From contig CAYGXO010000095.1 of assembly GCA_964353885.1 (NCBI GenBank), positions 488-64,487 of the forward strand: DNA of 64,000 nt. The letters are read 5' to 3'. Below the pieces are notes generated by a model. The model was not told where the DNA came from, did no database searches, and saw only the letters and a list, made by a program, of their open reading frames with translations. The translations under genes were made by a program, and so were the position numbers. The DNA comes from an uncultured Spirochaetaceae bacterium. Its GTDB lineage: Bacteria > Spirochaetota > Spirochaetia > SZUA-6 > Fen-1364. Each line of letters begins with the position of its first letter. Position 1 is the first letter of the stretch. This document shows, piece after piece, positions 54,786-63,109 of this stretch.

Positions 54786-55985
54786 CTACTTCATCCGCGT
54801 GAGCCGGGTTCGCTCGACGTACAGGTATTGACTGTTCGTGGCAGGATTGGCGCCAAGCAGTCCGCTGATCGCCGCGGTCTTGGCCCTCCCGTCCGAGTAG
54901 CTCAGCACAAGAGTGTAGTTCCTCACCTCGTACGTGCCGCTGCCCGGGCCTTCCGCGCTCTTGTCCGTATAGCTCCCGTGAAGGAATGCGAGGAATAGGC
55001 CTTGGTCGTTGAAGCGACCGTCTTTTGTAAAAGAGATGACGGGCTTCTGTCCCGCGGGCAGCGCCGCAAGGGAGGGATCAGCGGGATCCGCATAGCTGGT
55101 CCACGAGCCCTCTAGCCGCAGCCCGTCCACCTCCGGGCATTTCACATAGATGCTGTTTCCCACCGTGATCTTTGTCGGTGTCTCGGCTGCTAGAGGCCAG
55201 GGCTTGGTCATACGGGGCATGGCGATCGAGCCCGAGCTGCCGTTCCACGCGTAGGTGCCCCAATAGCCGGCCTGTTCCTTGTCTGACTTGCTCACTGCCC
55301 TGTCGAAGCTGTCCAGCCCTTCCCTCGGGATGTCGTCGTAGATCTGTCCGTCGGTGAATAGGGTCATCCAGCGGGGAGTCGGCTCATAGCTGCCTATCAT
55401 CGTGATGAATGTCATCCAGACCCCGGCAATCCCTTTTCCCCTGAATGCCCCGATGTCCCTCGACCCCGATCCCGCTTGCGCGGCAGAGCGGAAGCTTGCG
55501 AAGAAGGGAGTGACCTGGCCGGCGTATGTCTTGAAGACCGCGCTGTCCGTTGCCAGGGCGAGAACGCTCTGGGCGCGGCCGTTCACCAGAAACACGGTGA
55601 GTCGCGCGTAGTATTGCCCGCCGTTCACTTCCACGTCGGATCCGGCCTCAACGTAGCTCACCCCGGCAGCCGTGCGGCCCTAAGCTGGGCTGAGCCCGCT
55701 TTTCACCGTGAAGCCGTTCGCGACCACTGCGTCCCACTCCGTCGCGAAGTCCGCTAGGGGCTCGCCGCTTGCCGGCTGGCTCACGTAAACAACCAGCTGG
55801 CAGAAGACCCGCTTGGCGTTATCGATGCTGGTCAGGACGAGATGGTCGGCTGACAGCTCCCTTGTCCACCCGAGGGGCGCAGCGAAAGTGGCGATGTCGA
55901 ACGTGCTCGCTTGCGCGAAAAGCGAGGCCGAACCGGCTGCAACAAGCAAGAGGGCAGCCATCCATGCCGCATGGTTTCTCTTCAT
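54786..55985 (-). pseudogene. exported protein gene interrupted by a single in-frame TAG (track ORFs 55680-55985 and 54786-55661 share one frame)
   Basis: Codon-by-codon check: ...FTVKSGLSPA-TAG(55682-55680)-GRTAAGVSYVEAGSDVEVNGGQYYARLTVFLV.... The signal peptide MKRNHAAWMAALLLVAAGSASLFAQ is on the upstream piece. The downstream piece has only a GTG start and no signal peptide. Confidence 0.6.
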
Positions 55986-56101
55986 GCGCGAAAAGATATG
56001 AAAAAAACTCCACGGAGGGTATTGGAATCACGGGAAAGCGAAAAGCGCGCCCCCTGCCTCCCGCGTCCGGCGCGACGAGCTCGCGGAGAATCGCCTCTGG
56101 A

Positions 56102-56428
56102 ATGCGTCTTCTACGTGGGGGCCGGCCGATGGCAGTCGCCGATCTGGTTCGAAACGGGGCGGCGAGCAAGGAGATTGCCCGCCTTCTCCACGTCTCCGAG
56201 ACGACTGTCGAGAGACACCGGCACAATATCCGGCGGAAGGTGGGAATCGCCGGTCAGCCTCTCGACCGGGCCTTGCGCAGCAGGAAGATCCCGACGATCA
56301 CGAGGACGACTGGGATCACGAATGCCGTGATGGGGACCTCGAGCGAGAGCCACTCGCGCACGAGCCGGCCGAGAGAGCCATCGAGGAGGTTCAGCACGCC
56401 AACGAGCCCCGCGACCAGCACGACGTAG
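56102..56428 (+). CDS. orphan LuxR/GerE-type HTH ORF (possibly a remnant)
   Basis: MRLLRGGRPMAVADLVRNGAASKEIARLLHVSETTVERHRHNIRRKVGI is a complete GerE-type HTH (core 56129-56248). No receiver or ligand domain lies upstream. The ORF then runs ~60 codons antisense into the convergent gene. Confidence 0.4.
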   Translation: MRLLRGGRPMAVADLVRNGAASKEIARLLHVSETTVERHRHNIRRKVGIAGQPLDRALRSRKIPTITRTTGITNAVMGTSSESHSRTSRPREPSRRFSTPTSPATSTT

Positions 56429-56874
56429 CCGGCCGCGCGCCGGTTCAGCAGGACCGTTTCCCAGATCGTCTTCATCACGTCGTCCTCGCCTGCTGTGTTG
56501 AGCGAGTCGAAGATCGCGTAGCTCAGGAAAAGCACGGAGAGGGTCGGGATGAGGTACGCCGTCATCCAGTACATGCCCGTGGAATCGGAGTACAGGATGA
56601 TGAGGAAGATCGAGGCGATCAGCAGCCCCATCAGCGCGAAGCCCTTGCCGATCATGCCGAGGTACATGTGCCCCGCCCCGGGAATGATGCTCAGCAGCGC
56701 GGCGACGATCCTGCTCTTGTGCCTTTTCTGGACGGCCTTTGAGAGGCACTCATGGCACCACGACTGTTCGCTTGTCGGCTCGCCGAGTGCGACCGCGCAT
56801 TCGCGGCAGATCGGCTTCCCGCACCCCGCACAGCTCGCCGCGGCATCAGTCCTTGCGTGATTCGCGCACTTCAT
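56254..56874 (-). CDS. B-box-type zinc-finger membrane protein
   Basis: 206 aa with N-terminal MKCANHARTDAAASCAGCGKPICRECA...WCHECL (Cys/His cluster) and about 5 TM helices including IIPGAGHMYLG. Its start overlaps the anti-sigma stop by 4 nt. Confidence 0.75.
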   Translation of the reverse strand: MKCANHARTDAAASCAGCGKPICRECAVALGEPTSEQSWCHECLSKAVQKRHKSRIVAALLSIIPGAGHMYLGMIGKGFALMGLLIASIFLIILYSDSTGMYWMTAYLIPTLSVLFLSYAIFDSLNTAGEDDVMKTIWETVLLNRRAAGYVVLVAGLVGVLNLLDGSLGRLVREWLSLEVPITAFVIPVVLVIVGIFLLRKARSRG

Positions 56875-57365
56875 CTCGAGATACCTCCCTTGTACAGCGT
56901 TCCCTGGACCGCGCGCCCCGCGCCGTTCAGAGCGTCCTTCACGGCCGATGGCGCTCCCCGGGACAATCCTGCCGCAACGCTCTCAGGACGGATCAGGCCG
57001 GGGTAGAGCCCCCGCGGGAGAACCAGGCTCACGGTGAGCACCACGGCGGAGAGCATGAAGCTCAGCCCGAGCCGCCGGTATGTCCGCAGCTTCGACGACG
57101 GCGAACCGGCGGCCGTGGCCGGCTCGGCGGGCGACCCTTTGAGCGCCTGCCGGTACACCGCGTCCATCACCCTCTCGTGGAATCCTGCAGGCGCGCGCAG
57201 CGCATGATCCGTCTCCAGGAAACCGGCCAGGCGCCTGGCCGCCGCGACACGATGCGCGCAGCGCGCGCAGCCCTGCTCGTGCGCCCCCACCGCCTCCACG
57301 AGATCAGGCGGGAGCTGCCCGTCCACGTACCTGTCGATCAGGAGGCCGACCTTCGCGCACCTCAT
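56871..57365 (-). CDS. zf-HC2 type anti-sigma factor
   Basis: 164 aa with HEQGCARCAH (H-x3-C-x2-C) and one TM helix (LGLSFMLSAVVLTVSLVL). It has a 4-nt overlap with the sigma gene. Confidence 0.85.
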   Translation of the reverse strand: MRCAKVGLLIDRYVDGQLPPDLVEAVGAHEQGCARCAHRVAAARRLAGFLETDHALRAPAGFHERVMDAVYRQALKGSPAEPATAAGSPSSKLRTYRRLGLSFMLSAVVLTVSLVLPRGLYPGLIRPESVAAGLSRGAPSAVKDALNGAGRAVQGTLYKGGISR

Positions 57366-57919
57366 CGCCCGCCTCTCCCTTCCTCTTCCCCAAGCGCTTT
57401 GCGCAGCATCTTCCGCGCCCTGTACAGCCGGGTCTCGACGGTCTTGATCGGCACGCCGAGGATCGTCGCGATCTCCTCGTAGGGCAGCTTCTGGTAGTAC
57501 AGGAGGACGATCACGCTCCTGTAGCGCTCGTCGAGGGAGGCGAGCGCCCGGTTCACGCGCTCCTTCTCCTCGGATTCGAGCAGGCTCCCCTCCAGGTCGA
57601 CCCTGCCGTCGCGCACCTCTCCCGCCTCGTCAATCCCGGCTGCCCTCCTGCCCGGCCTGCGGTTCCTTCGAAGCCAGTCGGCGCACTGGTTGAAGGTGAC
57701 CCGGTACAGCCAGGTGGAGAACTTTGCCTCGCCCTTGAAGCCGGCCAGGCTGCGGAAGACCTTGAGGAAGACCTCCTGAGCCACGTCCTCCGCGTCGGCG
57801 CCCGCGCCCACGAACCTCGCGGCCATCCCGTACACCGGGTCCTGGTATCGCCGGACGAGCTGATCGAAGAGCCGGGTTTCGCCGCTTCGCACTCGGTCGA
57901 CGATCTGCTCGTCGGTCAT
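57362..57919 (-). CDS. ECF-type RNA polymerase sigma factor
   Basis: 185 aa from the verified ATG at 57919. Region 2 is DAEDVAQEVFLKVFRSL...FSTWLYRVTFN. Region 4 is LLYYQKLPYEEIATILGVPIKTVETRLYRARKML. Confidence 0.9.
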   Translation of the reverse strand: MTDEQIVDRVRSGETRLFDQLVRRYQDPVYGMAARFVGAGADAEDVAQEVFLKVFRSLAGFKGEAKFSTWLYRVTFNQCADWLRRNRRPGRRAAGIDEAGEVRDGRVDLEGSLLESEEKERVNRALASLDERYRSVIVLLYYQKLPYEEIATILGVPIKTVETRLYRARKMLRKALGEEEGRGGR

Positions 57920-57996
57920 CACGCCGGGCCGCCTCCCGCCTCCACGAATACCATGGCGGAATGCGGCTGTCAAACCGGTCCCCCGTCGCTCTCCTT

Positions 57997-58025
57997 TAGA
58001 CGCAGGGGAGGGGGAAATCACTTCA
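57997..58025 (-). promoter_or_regulatory. candidate ECF-type (autoregulatory) promoter
   Basis: The minus strand reads TGAAGT (58025-58020), a 17-nt spacer, then CGTCTA (58002-57997). This resembles the TGAAAC-N16/17-CGTC type of ECF promoter. It lies ~78 nt upstream of the sigma ATG. Confidence 0.3.
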
Positions 58026-58127
58026 CTTGCAGCTCAGCATTCTTTTCCGTGGCATCTGAAGGGTTTTTCCGAAGCGCACCGTCAGAATGGGCAATTGCAT
58101 CATTCGACGAGAGAGGAGTCAAGGAAC

Positions 58128-58997
58128 ATGAACGACGGAAATGCGGCATGGACGCTCATTACGGGCTCCAGCCAGGGATTGGGCCGGGCATTCGCCGAGG
58201 AATGCGCGGGCAGGGGCATGAACCTCGTGCTCGTGGCGCTGCCTGATACAGGCCTGAATGAGGTTTCGCGGATCCTCGAGCGGGCCCACGGCGTCCGCGT
58301 GGAGGCGGTGGAGATCGATCTTGCAGCTCCCGATGCGCCTGCCGCCCTGTGCGCACGGCTTCGCGAGAAGGGAATCGAGATCGGCACTCTCATCAACAAC
58401 GCGGGGGTGGGGTACAATGGGCGATTCGGCGACTCCACGCATCGCGAGAACGAGACGACGATTGAGCTGAACGTGGGAGCGCTCGTGCGTCTCACGCACC
58501 TGCTGCTGCCCGCGATGAAATGCCGGGAGAAGGCGTGGATCCTCAATGTGGCGAGTCTCGCCGCATACTTCCCCATGCCCTATATGCCGGTGTACTCGCC
58601 CACGAAGAGCTTCGTTCTGAACTTCAGCCTCGCCCTGCGCGAGGAGCTGCGCGGCTCGACTGTCGGCGTGAGCGTCCTGTGCCCCAACGGCATCCGCACC
58701 AACCGCAGCGCGAGGGCGCTGATCGAGCGGCAGGGCTTTGCGGGCCGGATCACATGCCGGTATCCCGACGAGGTGGCGCGCGCAGGCCTGGCGGGACTCT
58801 ACAGGAAGAAATCGATCATCGTGCCGGGAATCGTGAACAGGATGCTGCGCCTGGCCAGCAGCTTCGTCCCGCGAACCCTGTATATGCAGGTGATCTCGCG
58901 CAGGTGGGGGACGCAGTCGGGCAGCAAGGCGGATCAGGTCACGGCGCAATCCGCGGCGCAGTCCGCGACGCGGATTCCCGCGCCCGCGGGGGCGTGA
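58128..58997 (+). CDS. short-chain dehydrogenase/reductase (SDR)
   Basis: 289 aa from the verified ATG at 58128, with RBS GAGGAG. Contains TGSSQGLGRA (TGxxxGxG), NNAG and YSPTK (YxxxK). Confidence 0.9.
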   Translation: MNDGNAAWTLITGSSQGLGRAFAEECAGRGMNLVLVALPDTGLNEVSRILERAHGVRVEAVEIDLAAPDAPAALCARLREKGIEIGTLINNAGVGYNGRFGDSTHRENETTIELNVGALVRLTHLLLPAMKCREKAWILNVASLAAYFPMPYMPVYSPTKSFVLNFSLALREELRGSTVGVSVLCPNGIRTNRSARALIERQGFAGRITCRYPDEVARAGLAGLYRKKSIIVPGIVNRMLRLASSFVPRTLYMQVISRRWGTQSGSKADQVTAQSAAQSATRIPAPAGA

Positions 58998-59002
58998 CAG
59001 CG

Positions 59003-59926
59003 ATGCGCGCAAGGACATGCGTCGTCACGGGGGCCACATCAGGGATCGGCCACGAGCTCGCCCGCATCCTCGCGGCTCGGGGCGCCACGGTGATCGGCGT
59101 GGGAAGGGACCCCGCGCGCTGCGGGGAGGCGGCCGCGCGCATCCGCGGAGAGACGGGGAACCAGCGGGTCTTCTTCGAAGTCGCAGATCTCTCGTCCCAG
59201 ATGGAAGTGCACGCGCTCGCGGCGCGGATCCGCGACAGGAGCGACCGGATCGACGTGCTCGTGAACAATGCAGGGGGCTTCGCTTTCCACCGGCGTGAGA
59301 CCGTGGACGGCATCGAGGCGCAGTTCGCGCTGAACTACCTCGCGGGCTATCTGCTCACGCGTCTGCTCCTGCCGGCGATGACTGCCAATGGGTCATCCGG
59401 CGGCGCGAGGGTGATCATGGTCAGCTCAGGCTCGCATTATAGCGGCCGCATGCACTGGGCCGACGTGGGTCTGCGGCCGCTGTACAATGGCCTCGCCGCC
59501 TACGACCAGTCGAAGCTGGCGGCCGTCCTTTTCACGCGCGAGCTTGCGCGGCGGCTCGGGCCCGACTCGCCGGTGGGTGTGTACGCGGTCGATCCCGGCC
59601 TCGTCAAGACCGACATCGGATTGAAAGGCACGGGTGGCCTCGTTCGAATGGTCTGGCGCCTTCGCACCCGCGGAGGAATCAGCCCTGCAGATGCCGCGGC
59701 CACCGTTGCGTACCTCGCCCTGGACCCCCTGATCGAAGGGCGCACGGGCCTGTACTGGAAGGCCTGCAGGCCGGTCGTTCCTTCTCGGCGCGCCCGGGAC
59801 GCAGAGGATGCGCAGCGATTGTGGGACCTGAGCGAGATGCTGTGCGGGCTGCGCGCCGCAAGAGCGCCTTTGACAGGAGACAGCGCCCCTGCTACGATCC
59901 CCGCATGGTGCGTCGGGATTTCCTGA
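59003..59926 (+). CDS. short-chain dehydrogenase/reductase (retinol-dehydrogenase-like SDR)
   Basis: 307 aa from the verified ATG at 59003. Contains VTGATSGIGHE, NNAG and YDQSKLA. Confidence 0.9.
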   Translation: MRARTCVVTGATSGIGHELARILAARGATVIGVGRDPARCGEAAARIRGETGNQRVFFEVADLSSQMEVHALAARIRDRSDRIDVLVNNAGGFAFHRRETVDGIEAQFALNYLAGYLLTRLLLPAMTANGSSGGARVIMVSSGSHYSGRMHWADVGLRPLYNGLAAYDQSKLAAVLFTRELARRLGPDSPVGVYAVDPGLVKTDIGLKGTGGLVRMVWRLRTRGGISPADAAATVAYLALDPLIEGRTGLYWKACRPVVPSRRARDAEDAQRLWDLSEMLCGLRAARAPLTGDSAPATIPAWCVGIS

Positions 59927-60798
59927 AGGTCGCCTTCGCCTCGTCCCTGTATTTCATGGCCCGGAGGATATTTCCCGCTAGCCTGACCGCGACGGCGGAC
60001 GTCGGGATCGCGATCGGCTCGGACCCCGAGAAGGCCACGATCAGGGCGATCGCGCTGGCAGGAGGGATCAAGCGCTTCGTCTCCCCGGGCGATGTGGTGG
60101 TGGTAAAGCCGAATATCGGTTTCAACTCGCCGCCTGCAGTGAGGGCGACCACCGATCCGACCGTCGTGCGGACCGTCGTGCACCTCTGCTTCCAGGCGCT
60201 CGCCTCGAAGGTTTATGTCTTCGACCGCAGCACGACCAGTACCCGGCTCGCCTACGTGACCTCGGGCATCGCCAGGGCGGCCGAGGAGGCGGGGGCGAAG
60301 GTCATCAACGTGGACGAAGTCACCGACAAACTTTACAAGACTGTCGCGGTGAAGGACGGCTACGCGCTGAAAGAGACACTGGTCAACAGGTACGTGCTGG
60401 AGGCTGACGTGCTCATCAACGTCCCTGTCGCTAAAACCCATGGCTCGGCGCTTCTCACCTTCGGCATGAAGAACCTCATGGGCATCAGCGGCGATCAGAG
60501 GGGGCGCTGGCATTGGGCGATGCACGAGTCGATCGCCGACATCAACAGGATCGTGGCATCGAAGCTCACCGTGATCGACGCGATGACCCTCATGCTGCGG
60601 AACGGGCCGACGGGAGGCCGGGCTGAAGACTTGAAGAGAACGAACACCATCATCGCCTCGGCCAATGTCCTAGAGGCGGACTGCGAGGCGGCTCGCATGT
60701 TCGGGTTCAAGCCCGCGGACGTGGGCTACATCGACCTTGGCGCAAAGGCGGGCGTCGGGAGGATCTCGGGATACTCGACCGAGATCGCGCGGGTGTGA
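59905..60798 (+). CDS. DUF362 domain protein with a Tat-like signal
   Basis: 297 aa from the verified ATG at 59905. MVRRDFLKVAF is a twin-arginine-like motif. VVVKPNIG and VPVAKTHGSALLTFGMKNLMG are DUF362 hallmarks. Confidence 0.8.
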   Translation: MVRRDFLKVAFASSLYFMARRIFPASLTATADVGIAIGSDPEKATIRAIALAGGIKRFVSPGDVVVVKPNIGFNSPPAVRATTDPTVVRTVVHLCFQALASKVYVFDRSTTSTRLAYVTSGIARAAEEAGAKVINVDEVTDKLYKTVAVKDGYALKETLVNRYVLEADVLINVPVAKTHGSALLTFGMKNLMGISGDQRGRWHWAMHESIADINRIVASKLTVIDAMTLMLRNGPTGGRAEDLKRTNTIIASANVLEADCEAARMFGFKPADVGYIDLGAKAGVGRISGYSTEIARV

Positions 60799-60805
60799 GC
60801 CGCGC

Positions 60806-62206
60806 ATGACCAGGAGGGCGGCGTTCTTCCTCAAGCGCGCCCGCATCCTGTCGCAGGCGCTCTTCTTCGGCGGCTTCACGTACGTATTCATCCGGTCACG
60901 AGATCCCTTTGCGGTTGTCCAGAACCCATTTCTCTCCTTTGATCCCCTGATCTTCCTCACTCACCCCGTGCTGGCGCCTGCCGCGCTCGGCGCGGTCGCA
61001 GCCCTGCTCGCCCTCGCCGTCCTGATGGGCCGGGTCTTCTGCGGATGGGCGTGCCCGATGGGCAGCCTCATCGAGCTGGCCGATCTGATCCTCTCCCCGC
61101 TGCGCAGGGTCAACCCCGTCCGGCTGGATCGATGGGGGGGGAGGGCGGCTCTCGTGCGGACGCCTCCTGCTCTCTTCCTGTTGGGGCTCTCCGTTGTCAC
61201 GGTCTTCTTCATGCCGCCCCTGCTGCCGTTCCTCCATCCCAATGTCTGGATCGTCCGCATCTTCTCGCTGTCCAGTCTCGGTCTCGGTTTCCTCGCCTTC
61301 ATCGTGCTCACCGCCGCGTTCGCGCGCCGGCTTTGGTGCGTGTACCTCTGTCCCCTCGGGGCGCTGTACGGGCTCCTGGGCAGGTATTCCCTATTTGGCC
61401 TGAGGATCCGTGCCTGTTCTCGCTGCGGCCGCTGCGATGCGTGCCCTATGGAAGCGGCGGAGTCCCGCGGCCGGACCATCCTTCCGCACCAGTGCACGCT
61501 CTGCTTCGACTACGAGGAGCGCTGTCCCGTCGATGGGTTCTCCTTCGGGGCGCGTCCGGCCGCAGCCGCGAGCGGGTCGGCAACGACCTTCTCCACCTCG
61601 CGCCGCCGCTTCCTCATCCATGCGGGGACCCTCGCCGCGGGCTTCGCGGCAGGGGGCGCGCTGGGCCTCCTGCGTCGGGTGACGCGGGGAGGGGTGAACA
61701 CCCAGCTCCTGCGGCCTCCCGGCGTGGTCGACGAGGCAGTCTTCATCCAGCGCTGCATCCGCTGCCTGCATTGCGTGCAATCCTGCCCCACGGCGATTAT
61801 CCGGGCAACGGGCCTCGAGGCCGGGGCGTCCAGCCTGTTCACGCCGAGCCTCAATTTCCAGAAGCAGGGATGCGACTACCGCTGCCAGGTCTGCCAGCAG
61901 GTCTGCCCCAATGCGGCCATCCCTCTTCAGCGGCTCGAGGAGAAGCAGAGGTCAGTCATCGGCGTGGCCTCGATCGACGAGACGACCTGCGTGGTCTTCA
62001 AGGAAGGCAAGCAGTGCCTGGTCTGCGAGGAGATGTGCCCGATCCCCGAAAAGGCAATCCTCTTCGAGGACAGGACCGCGCGGACAGCCGCGGGCGTCGT
62101 CAGCTTGCGCTACCCCGCGGTCGTGCGCTCGCGCTGCATCGGGTGCGGCATCTGCCAGGCCAACTGTCCGGCTGACCCTGTCGCGATCATCGTGCACAGG
62201 GTATGA
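60806..62206 (+). CDS. membrane polyferredoxin (NapH/MauN-like 4Fe-4S binding protein)
   Basis: 466 aa from the verified ATG at 60806. TM segments carry CGWACPMG and CVYLCPLG. There are several ferredoxin-type cysteine motifs: CSRCGRCDACP, CTLCFDYEERCP, CIRCLHCVQSCP, CQVCQQVCP, CLVCEEMCP and CIGCGICQANCP. Confidence 0.88.
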   Translation: MTRRAAFFLKRARILSQALFFGGFTYVFIRSRDPFAVVQNPFLSFDPLIFLTHPVLAPAALGAVAALLALAVLMGRVFCGWACPMGSLIELADLILSPLRRVNPVRLDRWGGRAALVRTPPALFLLGLSVVTVFFMPPLLPFLHPNVWIVRIFSLSSLGLGFLAFIVLTAAFARRLWCVYLCPLGALYGLLGRYSLFGLRIRACSRCGRCDACPMEAAESRGRTILPHQCTLCFDYEERCPVDGFSFGARPAAAASGSATTFSTSRRRFLIHAGTLAAGFAAGGALGLLRRVTRGGVNTQLLRPPGVVDEAVFIQRCIRCLHCVQSCPTAIIRATGLEAGASSLFTPSLNFQKQGCDYRCQVCQQVCPNAAIPLQRLEEKQRSVIGVASIDETTCVVFKEGKQCLVCEEMCPIPEKAILFEDRTARTAAGVVSLRYPAVVRSRCIGCGICQANCPADPVAIIVHRV

Positions 62207-62248
62207 TCGCCGTGCACACGGTTGACTGACTGAAGGAAGGAGACTCCC

Positions 62249-63109
62249 ATGGCGAAGACGAAGCATTCGATCCATGACCTGTGGCGGATGAAGCGGGAGG
62301 GCGAGAAGGTCTCCTGGCTCACTGCCTACGACTACCCCACCGCCAGGTTCGCCGAGGAAGCGAGCCTGGACATGCTCCTGGTCGGCGATTCCCTGGGCAT
62401 GTGCGTGTACGGCTACGAGGGCACCGTTCCCGTGACCATGGACCAGTGCATCGTGCACTGCCAGGCTGTGCGCAGGGGCGCACCGAATACCTTCGTGATC
62501 GGGGACATGCCCTTCATGAGCTACCAGAAAAGCGACGAGGACGCGGTGGCGAACGCGGGGCGCTTCCTGAAGGAGGCCATGGTGGACGCCATCAAGCTGG
62601 AGGGAGGCCGGAGGGTGATCACACGGATACGGGCCATCCTGGACGCCGGCATGGTGGTCTGCGGCCACATCGGGCTCACGCCCCAGAGCTCCGGCCAGTT
62701 GGGCGGGCACAAGGCGCAGGGCCGGACGGCAGAGTCTGCCCAGGCCCTCATCGAGGATGCCCTCGCAATCGAGGAGGCGGGGGCGCAGCTCCTGCTCCTG
62801 GAAGCGGTGCCGCCGGAGGTGGCGGGCTTCATCGCTAAGCGCCTGGCCATACCGGTGTACAGCATCGGGGCCGGCCCGGATTGCGACGGGCAGCTCCTGA
62901 TCGTCTCGGACATGATCGGCCAGTTCCAGGCGTTCACCCCGAAGTTCGTGAAGAAATACGCGGACGTCGCGGGGATTGTCACCGCCGCGATGAAGGCGTA
63001 CGTCCGGGACGTGAAGGAGGGCACCTTCCCCGCGGACGAGCACTGCTACCACATGCTGGAGGGCGAAAAGCAGAAGTGGCAGGCCATCATGCAGAAGGAC
63101 ACGAAGTGA
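62249..63109 (+). CDS. panB: 3-methyl-2-oxobutanoate hydroxymethyltransferase
   Basis: 286 aa with WLTAYDYPTA, LLVGDSLGM, IKLEGG, GHIGLTPQS and PVYSIGAGPDCDGQ. RBS GGAAGGAGA lies upstream. Confidence 0.93.
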   Translation: MAKTKHSIHDLWRMKREGEKVSWLTAYDYPTARFAEEASLDMLLVGDSLGMCVYGYEGTVPVTMDQCIVHCQAVRRGAPNTFVIGDMPFMSYQKSDEDAVANAGRFLKEAMVDAIKLEGGRRVITRIRAILDAGMVVCGHIGLTPQSSGQLGGHKAQGRTAESAQALIEDALAIEEAGAQLLLLEAVPPEVAGFIAKRLAIPVYSIGAGPDCDGQLLIVSDMIGQFQAFTPKFVKKYADVAGIVTAAMKAYVRDVKEGTFPADEHCYHMLEGEKQKWQAIMQKDTK

